This document shows positions 1-12,689 of a DNA stretch of 64,000 nt, piece after piece. The stretch lies in assembly GCF_009914755.1 (NCBI RefSeq), contig NC_060942.1. The stretch is one strand, 5' to 3'. A model generated the notes under the pieces. It did no database searches. It was not told the origin of the DNA and saw only the letters and a list, made by a program, of their open reading frames with translations. The position numbers and the translations under genes are program-made. Source of the stretch: the human T2T-CHM13v2.0 reference genome, Homo sapiens. Within the stretch, counting starts at the first letter, position 1. Each line of letters opens with the position of its first letter.

Positions 1-217
1 AACCTCTGATTTAAAGAGAGATGTATTAATCCAAAGAAAAGACTCTCTAATAATGGGATTTCATAAAAGTTGTCTGGGGAACAGGAAGGACATTTCAGCA
101 TCTGTAACACTACTTTATGTACTTACAAATACCCCTCCCTGCCACAGTTAGAAAGAAAACATCAACATGTATATTCTAGTGATCATATTCAAGATACAAT
201 TTGAACTGTATATACCT

Positions 218-370
218 ATAACTACTTACCATGTGCAGACACTGTGCAAGGATCTTTGCAAACATGATTCCATATAATCTCCTCAATGGCTCTATGCAAC
301 AGGTATGACTTTCCCCATACTGCAGATAAGTAAATAACTCTCTGGCTTCATACAGCTGGAGAGAGACAGA
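218..370 (-). mobile_element. MIR SINE fragment
   Basis: Degenerate MIR core in reverse orientation (ccccatactgcagataagtaaa resembles cccattttacagatgaggaaa); boundaries approximate. Confidence 0.6.
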
Positions 371-2009
371 TCCCTGCTCACAACCATGGTGCTATATAAC
401 AGTGACACCAATACACCTTTTATTCTCAGCATCTCGGGGAAAATAAAGCATTATTGTGGATTTTTGAGTTTTTTCCATCCCACTTTATGATCTATGCTTT
501 AATTTTTTAATGATGTTTATGATAAAGGAGAGTAAATGGAGACAAGTATTTCCCATAAGAATGTCTTAGTCAATTCAAAATCCAAAGTTTATCTCTTCTG
601 TTTCAAATACTTAGACATAATAGATGAGACAGAAAACATGACAAAAGAAAAAAGAAAACAACAAACCAGAAAGATGTATCAAGGCTCAAAGCAACTTAAA
701 GGTCCCTGTGGATCAATGACACAGAAACCCACAGCAATAATGGGAAGGTGGGGGAGATGCTAAAACCACAGCCTATCAGATTCTGGTGGTCATTAAGCTC
801 GCTCCAAAAAGGTAATAGGGACTAAAAGTGTTCCATGCCAGACAGACATCTAGAGCTAGGCTCACCGCTTGAAACCAGAAACTGGAGGGTGTCTCTCTAC
901 TGTCCTAAAAGGAGACTTTTTTTTTTAATGCTACTGAATGAGGACTGAGGCTTCAGTTGTTAAAAAGTCAGGAGTCTAGCAAAGTGGGAGGAACCAAGTT
1001 GCCTTCTGGTTCTGTGAACAGATGAGCTATATTTCTAATACTATCAAAAATACTGTACGATGATAAAGCCTTGTTCTTAACTAGAGTGCCAGGGCCTGAG
1101 TGAAAGCAACCGTATAATCTCTAGGTAGAAAGAAGTGGGTACAAAGGGAGAGAGCAAAGGGAGAGAGCAAAGGAAAAAACAATCTCCCTACTTAAGATGT
1201 GTTCATAAACCCAAATCCCAAAACACAAAGAAAACAAATGTTCACAAAGAGAGCCAAAAACAAATAAATTAGTTAAATAAACTCACTTCAAATGAGATCC
1301 ATGTCATAAAACAGTCTAAGAAAGACTTTAAAATATGTGGTTAGGATGGTCAAAAACATAAATGAGCAACAGCATCTAGAAAAACATAATAACAAATAAT
1401 AAGATAAGATACTTATGAAAAATAATTAGGAGTTTTAGAATTTAAAAAATATAGAGAAAAAGAAAAAAATTAAGGGAATAAATTCTAGACTGGACTGAAG
1501 AGATTTAGTAAATTTGAGCCGTTCCGGCATGTATTCAATGGGAGTTCCAGCAAAAGATCATTGAAAAAAATGGTGGTTGAGAATTTCCCAGAGATGAAGA
1601 AAGACATACATCCTTAGACTAAATGTGTGCTTCAAGTTCTGAGGAGGATAAAGAAGAATAAATCCACACCCAGTTTGAAAAAAATCTAAAAGCTGCCAAA
1701 AATGACAGATTACCTACAAAATAATGGCAATTAGGCTGGCAACAACACTTTCATTAGCAAAAATATAGGTCAAAAGACAACAGAATAACATTTTCCAAGT
1801 GCTCAGGTAAGGAAATAGTAAATCTCAGATTTTCAGCTAAACATCTAATTAAGAGAGAGAGGGAAAAATGAAGACTTTTTTACATGTATAAAAATAAAAG
1901 AGTTTACCACTCACAGATGCTAATTGAAAGATGTATTAAAGACTATGTTCAGCATGAAGGAAAAGGGAAGCTGGCCTGAAGATAAATGTGGATGATGCAC
2001 AGCTCCACC

Positions 2010-2305
2010 ATATCCAATGCCCCAGCCACAGGATAATTCTATTTTCCTATCCCTCTTGAAGTCATGCTTGGCCATATGACTTGCTTTGGCGAAGGAAATG
2101 TGAGCAAACATGATGGATAATTCTCTTGTATGGAAGCTTTAAGAGCCAGCATACCCTCTCCCCTCTGCCTCTGCTGATGCCGGCTGCTCCTTCAGGTGGC
2201 CTTCGGGATGCAGGAGCTGAATCCTAGCCAACCTGGAATGTAAACAAGAAATAAAACTGTATTGTTTCAGCCCCTGCTTTTAAAGTTGTTACTGCAGTAT
2301 TATGA
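2010..2305 (+). mobile_element. MaLR LTR fragment (MLT1I/J-like)
   Basis: ggccatatgacttgctttggc...ggaaatgtgagc and aagaaataaaactgtattgtttcagccc resemble older MLT1 LTRs. Confidence 0.65.
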
Positions 2306-2520
2306 CTAGGAAGGACAATTATGCAAATTTGGAGAGATTACAGAAATTGATAAAATATGCTGGGAAATTAATTAAAAATCAATTAGAAAAATACTAATTT
2401 TTAATGAACTTCCAAATCTCTAGGCAATGATAGTACAGAATACGTTCAAAGGAGAATGTAAAAATACTCTGAAAGAAATACTGAATAATCTTAAGCTTTG
2501 TTTAAAAATGTACTGATAAA

Positions 2521-2812
2521 GGCCAGACATGGTGGCTCACGCCTGTAATCTCAGCACTTTGGGAGGCCGAGGTGGGCAGATCACTGGAGGTCAGGAGTTT
2601 GAGACCGGCCTGGCCAACATGGCAAAACCTCATCTCTACTAAAAATGCAAAAATTAGCCGGGCGTAGTGGTGCGCGCCTGTAATCCCAGCTACTCAGGAG
2701 CCTGAGGCAGAAGACTCTCTTGAACCCAGGAGGCAGAGGTTGCAGTGAGCTGAGATTGTACCACTGCACTCCAGCCTGGGCGATGAGCGAGACCCCATTT
2801 CAAAAAAATAAT
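2521..2812 (+). mobile_element. AluS (Sx-like), full length
   Basis: Dimeric Alu with A-rich linker and A tail; ttaaaaatgta occurs on both flanks. Confidence 0.97.
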
Positions 2813-3205
2813 TAATTAATTAAAAATGTATACATAAGTATATGTGTTTAAAATTTAAGATACCCAACAGCAAAATGGAAAAGCAATCTAGTTTTCAAAC
2901 CATATAGTGGGGAAAGGGGAATACTAACAACTCACCCAATTCACTGAAATTAGAACAAAGAGAAAAGAGGGGGAGAAAATGATGATAAACAGAAATCAGA
3001 AAAGAATATGGCAGAAATTGGTCCAAATGTAAAAATTACAATAAAATGAAAGGAGAAAAGTCATATATTAAAAGACCAATCAAACTGGATCAAACTGAAT
3101 CTAACCACATTGAATTTTTTTAAATTCACCTATTTGCTGCACTGTAAAAAACATACCTAACACAAAGTCACACAAAAAGATATGGACAAAGGACACTAGA
3201 GAAAT

Positions 3206-3583
3206 TGTTTTCGACTGAACTGTACTCTCCCCAAAATTCATATGTTGAAGTACCACCCCCGGTACTTCAGAGCATGACCTATTTGGTGATGGGGTCTGTA
3301 AAGAGGTAATTCAGTGAAAAATGAGGTCATTCAGTGGGCCCTAATCCAATATGACTGGTGTCCTTATAAAAAGAGAAAATTAGGACACAGAGACACACAA
3401 AGGGAAGACCACATGAAGACACAGGGAGACAACAGACATCTGAAAGCCAAGGAGAGGCCTTGGGAGAAATCAACCCCGATGACTCAGACTTCCAGCCTCC
3501 AGGACTGTGAGAAAATAAATTTCTGTTGTCTAAGTCATCCATTCTGTGGTACTTTGTTCTGACATTCCTAGCAAACTAATACA
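3206..3583 (+). mobile_element. MaLR solo LTR (MLT1B-like)
   Basis: TG...CA ends; ccccaaaattcatatgttgaag, gggccctaatccaatatgactggtgtccttataa, aataaatttctgttg, ctagcaaactaataca. Confidence 0.9.
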
Positions 3584-3709
3584 CTCATCCAAAAACACGC
3601 CAGTGGCAATATGAATATCAGACAAAACAGAATTAAAATCAAAAAGAATTAATAGCATTACAATGAGATATCAACCATGAAAAAGGACCAGTCCACTAAG
3701 ACATAAGGC

Positions 3710-4965
3710 CATTCCCTCTTGAACCCTCTCCAGCCAATTAGTTGCTATCCCTCCAAAAAAACATCACTACTTCACATTATCAAAAACTAATAGTCAGTTT
3801 CCAGTCTTCATCTAACACAGCCTTTTGCAGCATTGGGCGAAGTGGATGATACCCTCCTTCCAGAAAGCCTTTCCTCACTTTCCTTCTCAACATAGTACTC
3901 TCCTCACCTTCTCCTTCTCACTGGCTGCTCTGCCTTTCCCAGTCTTAAATACTAGCTAGAGGTGCCGGGCGCAGGCTTCTGACACCTTCTGTTTCCACCT
4001 GAATGCTCAAGGCAGAGCAGAGGCTGTGGCTGTTTCCTGAGAACAGCTGCAGTGGTGGTGTGGGGGGATGTGGGAATAACTGTCCCCTGTGATACAGGGC
4101 AGAGCGAAGGCGGGACAGGGAGCAGACAGGGGACCAAGCAAACACACGGGCACAAAATCATGCACAGGCATCATAAGGCTGTACTGCAAAGGGACCTCTT
4201 CATTTTCATCCCCATATCTGATTCACTCAGGTCTTTCCCATCTCACTAAATGGCAATCCCATTCACTCAATAGCTCAGGCAAAAACCTTAGAAGCCACTC
4301 TTGATTCCTTTGTTGCTACACTCTCTGACATCCAGTTCATCAGCAAATCCAGTGGGCCAAGTATCCAAAATATATTCTGAATCCCCCCACTTCTGACCAT
4401 CACCTCTCTAGTACAAGCCACTGCCCCCTCTCCTGCCTGGATGACTCCATTCGCCTCCTCACTGGTCCCCATCTCCCATCTTGTTTCACCACGGTTTGTT
4501 CTCCACACAGCCAACAAATGGATCCATTCAAAATGAGAGTCATCCCCTGTCATCCTGATCTTCAAACACACTCATGGTGCTCTCTCAACATAACATCCCC
4601 CCTCCTCTGGGCCTTCCTTTCCATTGTCTCCACTTGGAATGATCTTCCCCGTACATCCACATGACTCATCTTGTTGCTTTGTCCAGTCCATCACCTGAGT
4701 GGCCTCCTGAGAGTGCCTTCTCTGGCCAGTCCTGTAGTGCAGCTCCCCGTCCAAGCCGACCATCTCTCCCCTCGCCCTGCTTTATCCTTCCGCACAGCAC
4801 TGGTTGTGACATCTGATATTAGGTGAAATTTGCTTATTAGAAAATTTGTCTCTCCCACTAGGATAAGAGCTCCCTGAAAGTAGCAAGTTTCTTGGTCTTG
4901 TCCACTATGCCTGGAACAGTGCTGGACACATCATCGGTACTCAGTCAACATTTGTTGGTGGAACA
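3710..4965 (+). mobile_element. L2 LINE 3' portion
   Basis: C/T-rich L2 body (cccatctcactaaatggcaa...ctcaggcaaaaaccttag) ending in an L2 terminus (cctggaacagtgctggacacatcatcggtactcagtcaacatttgttg). Confidence 0.85.
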
Positions 4966-7205
4966 AACACTTAGATCAGTCAGTTTATCATGAAATTGTA
5001 TGTATCTAATAGCAAGGAGGCATGAAGTCATTCTCTCTTAAACCCCCCGGAATCAGCAAGGCCTTGAAATGTTTAAGCAAAATCTGAGAGAATTCAAGAG
5101 AAACTCACAATCTTCAAGTTATATCCTTCTTTATATCAAGTGTGACAGATAAAGCAGATTTTTTTAAATAGTAAGAATGTAGCACATTTAAACAACAAAT
5201 TAATGTTTGCTCCAAAATATACATGAAACCCTATATCCCCCAAATAGAGAATATATATCCTCTATATGTACACATTGATGAAAACTAATGATACACTAAA
5301 TCAGAAAGGAAGCTCTAACACATTTCAATGACTCTATATCATGATTCTATCCACCATTTCTAGCAAACTTCAATGAATCTATATCAAATATGGACCAATG
5401 AATATGGTCTACATTTCATGAATCTAGGCTATATTTTGTGAACATGACAAAATTAAAATCAAAGTCAACAATTAAAAATACAGGAAGTTAAGAAATACAT
5501 ATTTGGAAACCAAAAATTGGGCCTCTAAATATGCATGGGTTAAAAGAAAATTAGAACAGAAATTACTGTATTACATTTCAAAACTTGTGCTGTGTATCTC
5601 AAGTATTACTTAAATGTATGGCCTTCAGTGAATTTGCTACAAAACAATTTTTAAAAAAATAATTAAGCATTCAAATCAAGAAATTAGAATAACAACAGAG
5701 TACACTATAAATGCATGAGGCAGGAAGCAAAATACAACAAAAGACACTTATGAAATAGAAACAAAGAATAGGAAGCATCTATAAAATAAAAGTTATCTTT
5801 GGAATAACAAGATGTTAAGTAATATTAACAAATAAAAAGGACAACACTACATACAGAAGAGGACAAAATCATTAGAAGTACTTTACATAACTTTGTGCCA
5901 ATTAATGGATAATTTTGTATAAAAATAAATTTATCAACATTGAAGAAATAGAAAACCTAACTAAATTAATAAACTACACATTGAAAAAAGTAGCAGCCAA
6001 ATCTCCTCCACTCCTAATTTTTCCCCTCAAAACAAGTGGCAGGGTTTTACAGATGAGGCTTAACAAACCTTTAAGAAACCCATAATCCCCATCTTAAAAA
6101 CTATTTTATAAAAGAGAAAGTGGGAAGACAAGCCAATTAAGTTTATACCATATACCCAAAGAGAACAAAGACAGTAGAAGGAAAGGTAGAAAAACAAAAC
6201 AAAGCAAAGTAAAACCATATAGGAAAAAAATTGATACATTTGGTTCATTAAAATTAAAAGCTTTTCTACATCAAAAGATAGCATAAGCAAAATGAAAAAT
6301 CTGTCCCAGAAAAATAACTTCTGGGAGAAGTTATTTGCATATACAGTCTATATAAAACAAAAGAATATGTGAAAAACTTATAAAATCAGAAAAAAAGGAC
6401 AAAATGCAACAAATGGACAAAGTATATACCCAAGCAATTCACAAAACCAGAATAGACAATAAGCTTTTAAAGCAAGGCTCAATCTCATTAGTAACCAAAG
6501 AAATGCAAAGTGAACCAACAATGAGATGCCAATTTATTCCCAACATATTGGCAAATCTAAAAGCCCCATAATACGTCGTGTTGAGAAGAATATTGAGAAA
6601 GGCTAAGCTCTCATATACGGTTGGTGAACCTATAAACTGGTTCCACAACTTTGGAGCACAATATGGCAATAATAAGTAAGGATAGCGTGGCCAACAGCCT
6701 AAAAAGTCCAATTGTTGGTATATAATTCAGATAAATTCTCTGGCACATGTGACATGCTCATGAATGATTGTTGCGGCAATTTTTGTTGTAGCAGGGGAAA
6801 AAAATCAGAAACAACTTAAATGTTCGTTAAGCACAAATTGGCTAAATAAATTGTAGTATATTCATACAAAGGACTTTGTACAACAATCAAAATAAATGAA
6901 TTAGAGCTGCAATTATCAACATGGATAAATCTCAAAAACAATAGGTTAAGCAAAAAAAAAAAAAAAAAGGGGGCCGGTTATAGAATATATACAATATATT
7001 ATCAATATAAGACTGAATACATACAAAGCAACACAATTTAATGTTTGTATATGGTGTATATGCAGTGATTCTGTTAGTATAAAAACATGCATAAGAATAA
7101 CAATGTTGGCACTCAAGATAGTGCTAACATCTGGAGAAGAGATTGTTATCAAGGAGATGTAATACACAGCAGGCTTTAACTATGTTGATGGATGAATGGA
7201 TAGAT

Positions 7206-7249
<44 letters not shown>
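7206..7249. repeat. (GATA)11 tetranucleotide microsatellite
   Basis: Read directly from the sequence. Confidence 0.97.
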
Positions 7250-7251
<2 letters not shown>

Positions 7252-7284
7252 GATAGTATTTTTATTCCCTTAAAAAAAGATCCA

Positions 7285-8292
7285 CTAATTAAACTAAAGA
7301 GCTTCTGCACAGCAAAAGAAACTATCATCAGAGTGAACAGGAACCTACAGAATGGGAGGAAATTTTTGCAACCTATTCATCTGACAAAGGGCTAATATCC
7401 AGAATCTACAAAGAACTCAAACAAATTTACAAGAAAAAAAACAAACAACCCCATCAAAAAGTGGGTGAAGGATATGAACAGACACTTCTCAAAAGAAGAC
7501 ATTTATGCAGCCAAAAGACACATGAAAAAATGCTCATCATCACTGGCCATCAGAGAAATGCAAATCCAAACCACAATTAGATACCATCTCACACCAGTTA
7601 GAATGGCGATCATTAAAAAGTCAGGAAACAACAGGTGCTGGAGAGGATGTAGAGAAATAGGAACACTTTTACACTGTTGGTGGGACTGTAAACTAGTGCA
7701 ACCATTGTGGAAGTCAGTGTGGCGATTCCTCAGGGATCTAGAACCAGAAATACCATTTGACCCAGCAATCCCATTACTGGGTATATACCCAAAGGATTAT
7801 AAAACATGCTGCTATAAAGACACATGCACACGTATGTTTATTGTGGCACTATTCACAATAGCAAAGACTTGGAACCAACCCAAATGTCCAACAATGATAG
7901 ACTGGATTAAGAAAATGTGGCACATATACACCATGGAATACTATGCAGCCATAAAAAAGGATGAGTTCATGTCCTTTGTAGGGACATGGATGAAGCTGGA
8001 AACCATCATTCTCAGCAAACTATCGCAAGGACGAAAAACCAAACACCACATGTTCTCACGCATAGGTGGGAATTGCACAATGACAACACATGGACACAGG
8101 AAGGGGAACATCACACACCAGGGCCTGTTGTGGGGTGGGGGGAGGGGGGAGGGATAGCATTAGGAGATATACCTAATGTTAAATGATGAGTTAATGGGTG
8201 CAGCACACCAACATGGCACATGTATACATATGTAACAAACCTGCATGTTGTGCACATGTACCCTAAAACTTAAAGTATAATAAAAAAAGAAA
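7285..8292 (+). mobile_element. 5'-truncated primate L1PA (about L1PA4-6) with ORF2 C-terminus and 3' UTR
   Basis: ORF 7465-8157 is the L1 ORF2p C-terminus ([24 protein letters not shown]); G-rich 3' UTR and A tail; 14-bp TSD taaaaaaagatcca at 7271-7284 and 8293-8306. Confidence 0.97.
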
Positions 8293-8835
8293 TAAAAAAA
8301 GATCCAAAGCAAATAAGGCAAAATGTTAACATTCGTTAAAGTTCCATTGTATGTAAGTAGGTGTTTGTTACATTACTTATTCTCGATGATTTTTTTTCTG
8401 TATGTTTGCAGTATTTCATAATAAAAAATAAAAAACAAGGTAGGAGGCAGGAATATAGCGAAAGGAAGGACTAAAAGAAGAGAGGATGGGGGAGCAAATC
8501 AGGTTAGACTTATCTAGAAACTGGGGGAAGGAAAACCAATACGAGAAGGTAAAACAAAAAGGACGTGCCAGACAACGAAGGTGAGCAGAAAATGGACAAA
8601 AGAAAGCCACCGCTGGCTAATGTCTGAGGGAATGAAGTCATGCCAATATCATTTCACCCTCTCTTCCACTGCTGATTCCACTAACTCAATGGCTCCCCAG
8701 GAGACAGGGCTGGTGGCAAGAGAATCCAGGGTTGCATTGATCCCACGAACATCACTTCTGCTCTCATTGCTCCCAGCAGCTGGATCTCTATTAGTGCGGA
8801 GCGCAGGGGGGCTGGGGAGAGGAAGCTTTATTTAC

Positions 8836-8877
8836 CTGTCTCCACTTAGGCACAGTCTTGTCTGTGATTCCTGAAAT
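8836..8877 (-). other. Candidate 42-nt internal exon (unverified)
   Basis: Minus strand: branch-like ctaac, tract tgtctttctcatcattag| exon |gtaaat; open as ISGITDKTVPKWRQ. Splice signals are the only support. Confidence 0.35.
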
Positions 8878-9149
8878 CTAATGATGAGAAAGACATGTTA
8901 GCACTCCTAAGACTGCTTTTCCCTGCCATGGTAAATCGCTCCCTGAGCAACGTCAACTTTAGGAAACTATTGACCACTTAATTCTAGCAAGCAAAGCCAT
9001 TTCTGCTTTCAGGAGAAATTGATGTGTATTTTGTTCATACAATATAAAGTGGAACTTACCATCTTTAGTCCCAAACATTCCCCATCTCTGTCTGTCCCTC
9101 TCCCCACTCAGGCACGGAAAGTGTGACGCCATCTTGGCCTCTCCTTCCT

Positions 9150-9775
9150 TACCCTCCACGATCAATAGTTATCACGTCCTCTCACCTGGGTCCCTACCAA
9201 CTGCCTGCACAGTTGGTCTCCCTGCCTAAGGCTGCCCCCTTTAAAGAGAGTCCCCATTCCACCATCTGATAAAGGTTGTTATAGCCCAGCTCTGATTTTC
9301 TTACTCTTTGCTCAGGAAACACAAATGCTGCACCATTGTGTGAATGCGGAGCTCAAACTCTCCACTCCAGGATTGAAAGGAAGCCTGCTACGATCTGGTC
9401 CCTCATCTCCTGCAGCTGTTCTGCTCAGCTCATGCAATCATTAGGCACCCACACTGTCCCCACCAAATGGTCATCCTAAAACATTCCCTGCCATTTTCTA
9501 CCCCTGAACATTTCCTTAAAATGTTCCCTCTGCTTTCTCTTTCCCCATCTCCACCTAGGGAAATCCAATCTAGCCTTCAGGAACCAGTTCGAATGCTGTC
9601 TACCCCAAGGCAGCTTCTCTAAAGCAAGCTCTACCCATCTCAGAACTGACATGTGCACCTCACTACTCTGTTAAAGATGCAGAGTATTGTTTCCAATTCA
9701 TTCCTACCTTCCAGTCATATCTAGCACTGTCCCTTACACATAACAGGTGCTCAACAATACTCCAATGAATGCAAG
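9150..9775 (+). mobile_element. L2 LINE fragment
   Basis: Degenerate L2 3' region ending tagcactgtcccttacacataacaggtgctcaacaatac. Confidence 0.65.
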
Positions 9776-10299
9776 TAAACATGCATTTATATATGTAATA
9801 CCTATAACAACATGCATTTTTATAACAGATTTGATATAAACCTAACTTTAGCCCAAATGTTTGTTACCTAGTAGTTCCTCAATATGTAATTGTGAGAATT
9901 AGTGGATGACTGAGTAAACGAAGGGATGGATTTTCCTATACGCGCTTTGTAATTGAATGAGACCTCACAGGTCCACTGTACATCATTGTTGGTTGCTCTA
10001 TGTTCTTTCCTGAAGATCCTTAGGAACACACTTCTAGGTTCTGAATGTAACAGATAAACATTAATTCAATTTAATATGGTTCTAAAGGGAAAATACAAAT
10101 ACAAGAACCTGTCTACATTATATAAATGCATTGCACTTTACATTGCAACGGACAATGTTAATCACATAATTTGATGTCCTTCTTCTTTTCATTGTTTACC
10201 GAACCCTCTTGTTTGAGTGATTCCTCTGCCTTTATTGAGAATACGCTATTGAGAGCAGCCCCTGATGAATACTAGCCCATTTAATTATTTTTTTAAAAT

Positions 10300-11610
10300 A
10301 GCACTCAATCACCCTTCTTAGCACTAATAGCACCTTTCTCTACAAATGACTGCCACAGGTTATTAGGTCACATTTTCTTGAAATATTCTATCTTTCATTT
10401 ATAACTTTTAAATTAACCCAAATATTTCTAACAGTGAGTATCTTGAACAGCAAAAGAAAAAAATGTATTGTTATGTTACTCAATTCATTGTTGAAAGGAA
10501 TTGGGAAAGCTTGTGGGAGTGGAAATTGATCATGAAACTAACACATCCTCTGTGCCCTTCACAAACACCTCCTCCCAAAGGAGCCGTCACTATGCTGAGA
10601 CTACCAGGGCCACCAGCACCCTCTTGCTTCTGCACATCTAACTGAGAAACGACCCTGCACAAATGGAACTCAATTTTTTACGTCAATCAACTGATATTAC
10701 TTCCAATGTAATATTTTCACTCACACAGCATTAAATATATATATGCACTAAACCTTCAGTCAGCTTGAAAAGAAGCTAACAAAATTTCGCCATTTCAATA
10801 AGAGTGACTCAATTTAGGGGGCTTTGTTGTGTCTAGAGGCAAGATTTTTCTCTTGGGTTATTTCAATACCATGAGTGTCAATCAAAGAGCCACACTCTAA
10901 AGACCAAGAGAATATCAGATGAGATCCATCACCAGGCTGAATTTTGGCCTGTATTTGTAAATTATTTCCTCAGCTAGGTCATCAATCACAAAGTCATCTG
11001 CATGGAGAGGGTACTTCATTATTGTTCTATGGGGCTCCAATTAAGTGGGACATGACAAACAGTTATCACGTTGACAGCTCATCCAAGTATCAGCAATTAC
11101 CACAACCCATGGCCATGAGAGGAGTGTGGGCCTCTCTGTTTCCCACTTAGGTGAAGGCTGACTGGAATGAAGTATTTCCTTCCAGCAGCCTTCTGAGCAT
11201 CCGGCTTCTCACCAAGAAAGCGTCTCCTCATAAAACACTCATAGGCCCCCAATGCAATGTCTAGTGTACAATCATGAGTTTGCATCAATTTTAAATTCCT
11301 ATACACATGCAGATTGACATTAGTGCAAAGACTTTCCATGCAAAAAAAGGGTAATTATGTGATTTTCTTCATTCCTAGAACTCTCAAGAAAACTTAAGCA
11401 TTGCATCCGATTTTAGGTCCAAGCTCAGAATCGTAACCATGTTTCAGTATAGTATTTTGTACACTTGATCTGTGTATTTTTATATTTATACAAAAGTCTT
11501 TAGTCTCTACCATACCGAAGGAGTTGTATGACTGCATAGGAAGGATAGGTGCTTTTAGCTCTTCAGGGAGGGCAACATAGTGGCATTTAAGCTGCCTTTG
11601 ATTGACTAAG
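10300..11610. promoter_or_regulatory. Candidate developmental enhancer (PBX/MEIS/HOX and SOX motif cluster)
   Basis: Repeat-free AT-rich stretch with TGATTGA/TCAATCA at 10305, 10683, 10878, 10982 and 11599, TGACAG at about 11072, and CATTGTT SOX-like sites. Confidence 0.45.
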
Positions 11611-11884
11611 TTGATTTGATTTTCTCTAATAACTCACAAGAGCTGTTAGGAAAATTGGATGGTATTTATAATTCTAATTTGTTTTACTCTGTGACTCTAG
11701 GAAACAACATTGTGGTAAATATATTGAAATGTCAGGGTTATCACTTGCCACACAAAGTTTATTTTATTTTTCCCCCACTGAACAAATGCCAGCAGCTTAG
11801 CCTGCTGAGCCCGAGCTTATGTGAACTAGCGATCCAGGCAGCCTTTGGCAGTTCCGAGTGGCCATTTGGCCCACCCGAGCTTAC

Positions 11885-12005
11885 GCTGCATAGATTCCCC
11901 GGGACGGCCTCCAACTTCAGGGTAGGCAGAGACTTTTCAATGCTGCTGGGGCCCCTGTATCCTCCCGCAGCAGCAGGCTGCCTCCTAAGAAGCTGGCTCC
12001 TCTAG
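11885..12005 (-). other. Candidate internal exon (unverified)
   Basis: Minus strand: tttccctcttggaacag| ... gcagc|gtaagc; alternative AG 4 nt further in (exon start 12001). Confidence 0.3.
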
Positions 12006-12689
12006 CTGTTCCAAGAGGGAAACTTGAATACTGTTTTGGCAGCTTCGCAGCTCCATCCACTCTCTACCCATGGCTAAAGAAACTTTTTTTAAGTGCTAGA
12101 AGCAATGCTTTGGAATCTTCGTCCAGAATGACTTTGAGGAAAGCTGTCCTGAAAGTTGGGACTGACTCCTTTGGCGAGCTCTGCTGCAGAGCCAGATGCC
12201 ATTTTTCAGCACGGCAAGTTCATATGAGGAACACAGCTCCAAGGACAATGTCCAAGGAAGGACAGCTCAAATGCACCAACAATTTCTTCATCAACAGAGC
12301 TTCAGTCCTGTGGGTCCAAATCCATCTTCCGTGGAACACAGGGATCAGTTTCAGGAATCCTAAGCTGCTATTCTCCACTTTTTCTTCATTCATTAGTAAA
12401 TCTGACCAGATGACACAATTACATCACGCTTTTTTCAAACTGCATTATTGTTGGCTTTGTTAGAGACGCATTTTTCATGCCTGTGAGATGCTTATCTTCC
12501 AAATAAAGAAAGGAGGGGTGATGAAGAGTGTTTGGTCAATCAGCTAAGACAGGCAGGCAAACCAGCATTCCAGGATGCTTTCTCTCATCAGCCAGAGTCC
12601 AGCTCTTGCTGCCTCAGTTCGGGGTCTGAACAAAATAAGGTTTTTAGGATCATCCTGGCCTGAGCTCAGCTACATGCTAAGGAATGCAT

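Larger units (their letters stand above)
1250..8435 (+). mobile_element. Old, heavily degraded L1M (L1ME-like) LINE-1 skeleton interrupted by nested insertions
   Basis: A-rich ORF1-like remnants at about 1450-1990 (gagaatttcccagagatgaagaaagacata), ORF2-like remnants at about 5000-6850, and L1M 3' UTR text (caacatggataaatctcaaaaaca at about 6917; gcaaaatgttaacatt...ataataaaaaa at 8320-8435). Confidence 0.75.

Noticed and set aside
1143-1173. 13-bp tandem duplication aaagggagagagc
   Set aside because: Ordinary slippage duplication in purine-rich sequence.
7465-8157. Longest ORF (230 aa) as a host gene
   Set aside because: It is the ORF2p C-terminus of a 5'-truncated L1PA with no promoter, endonuclease or RT domain.
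11616-12463. Adjacent plus-strand ORFs of 129 and 117 aa
   Set aside because: Both start at TTG, show no recognisable domain and lack supporting splice structure; lengths are within the chance range.
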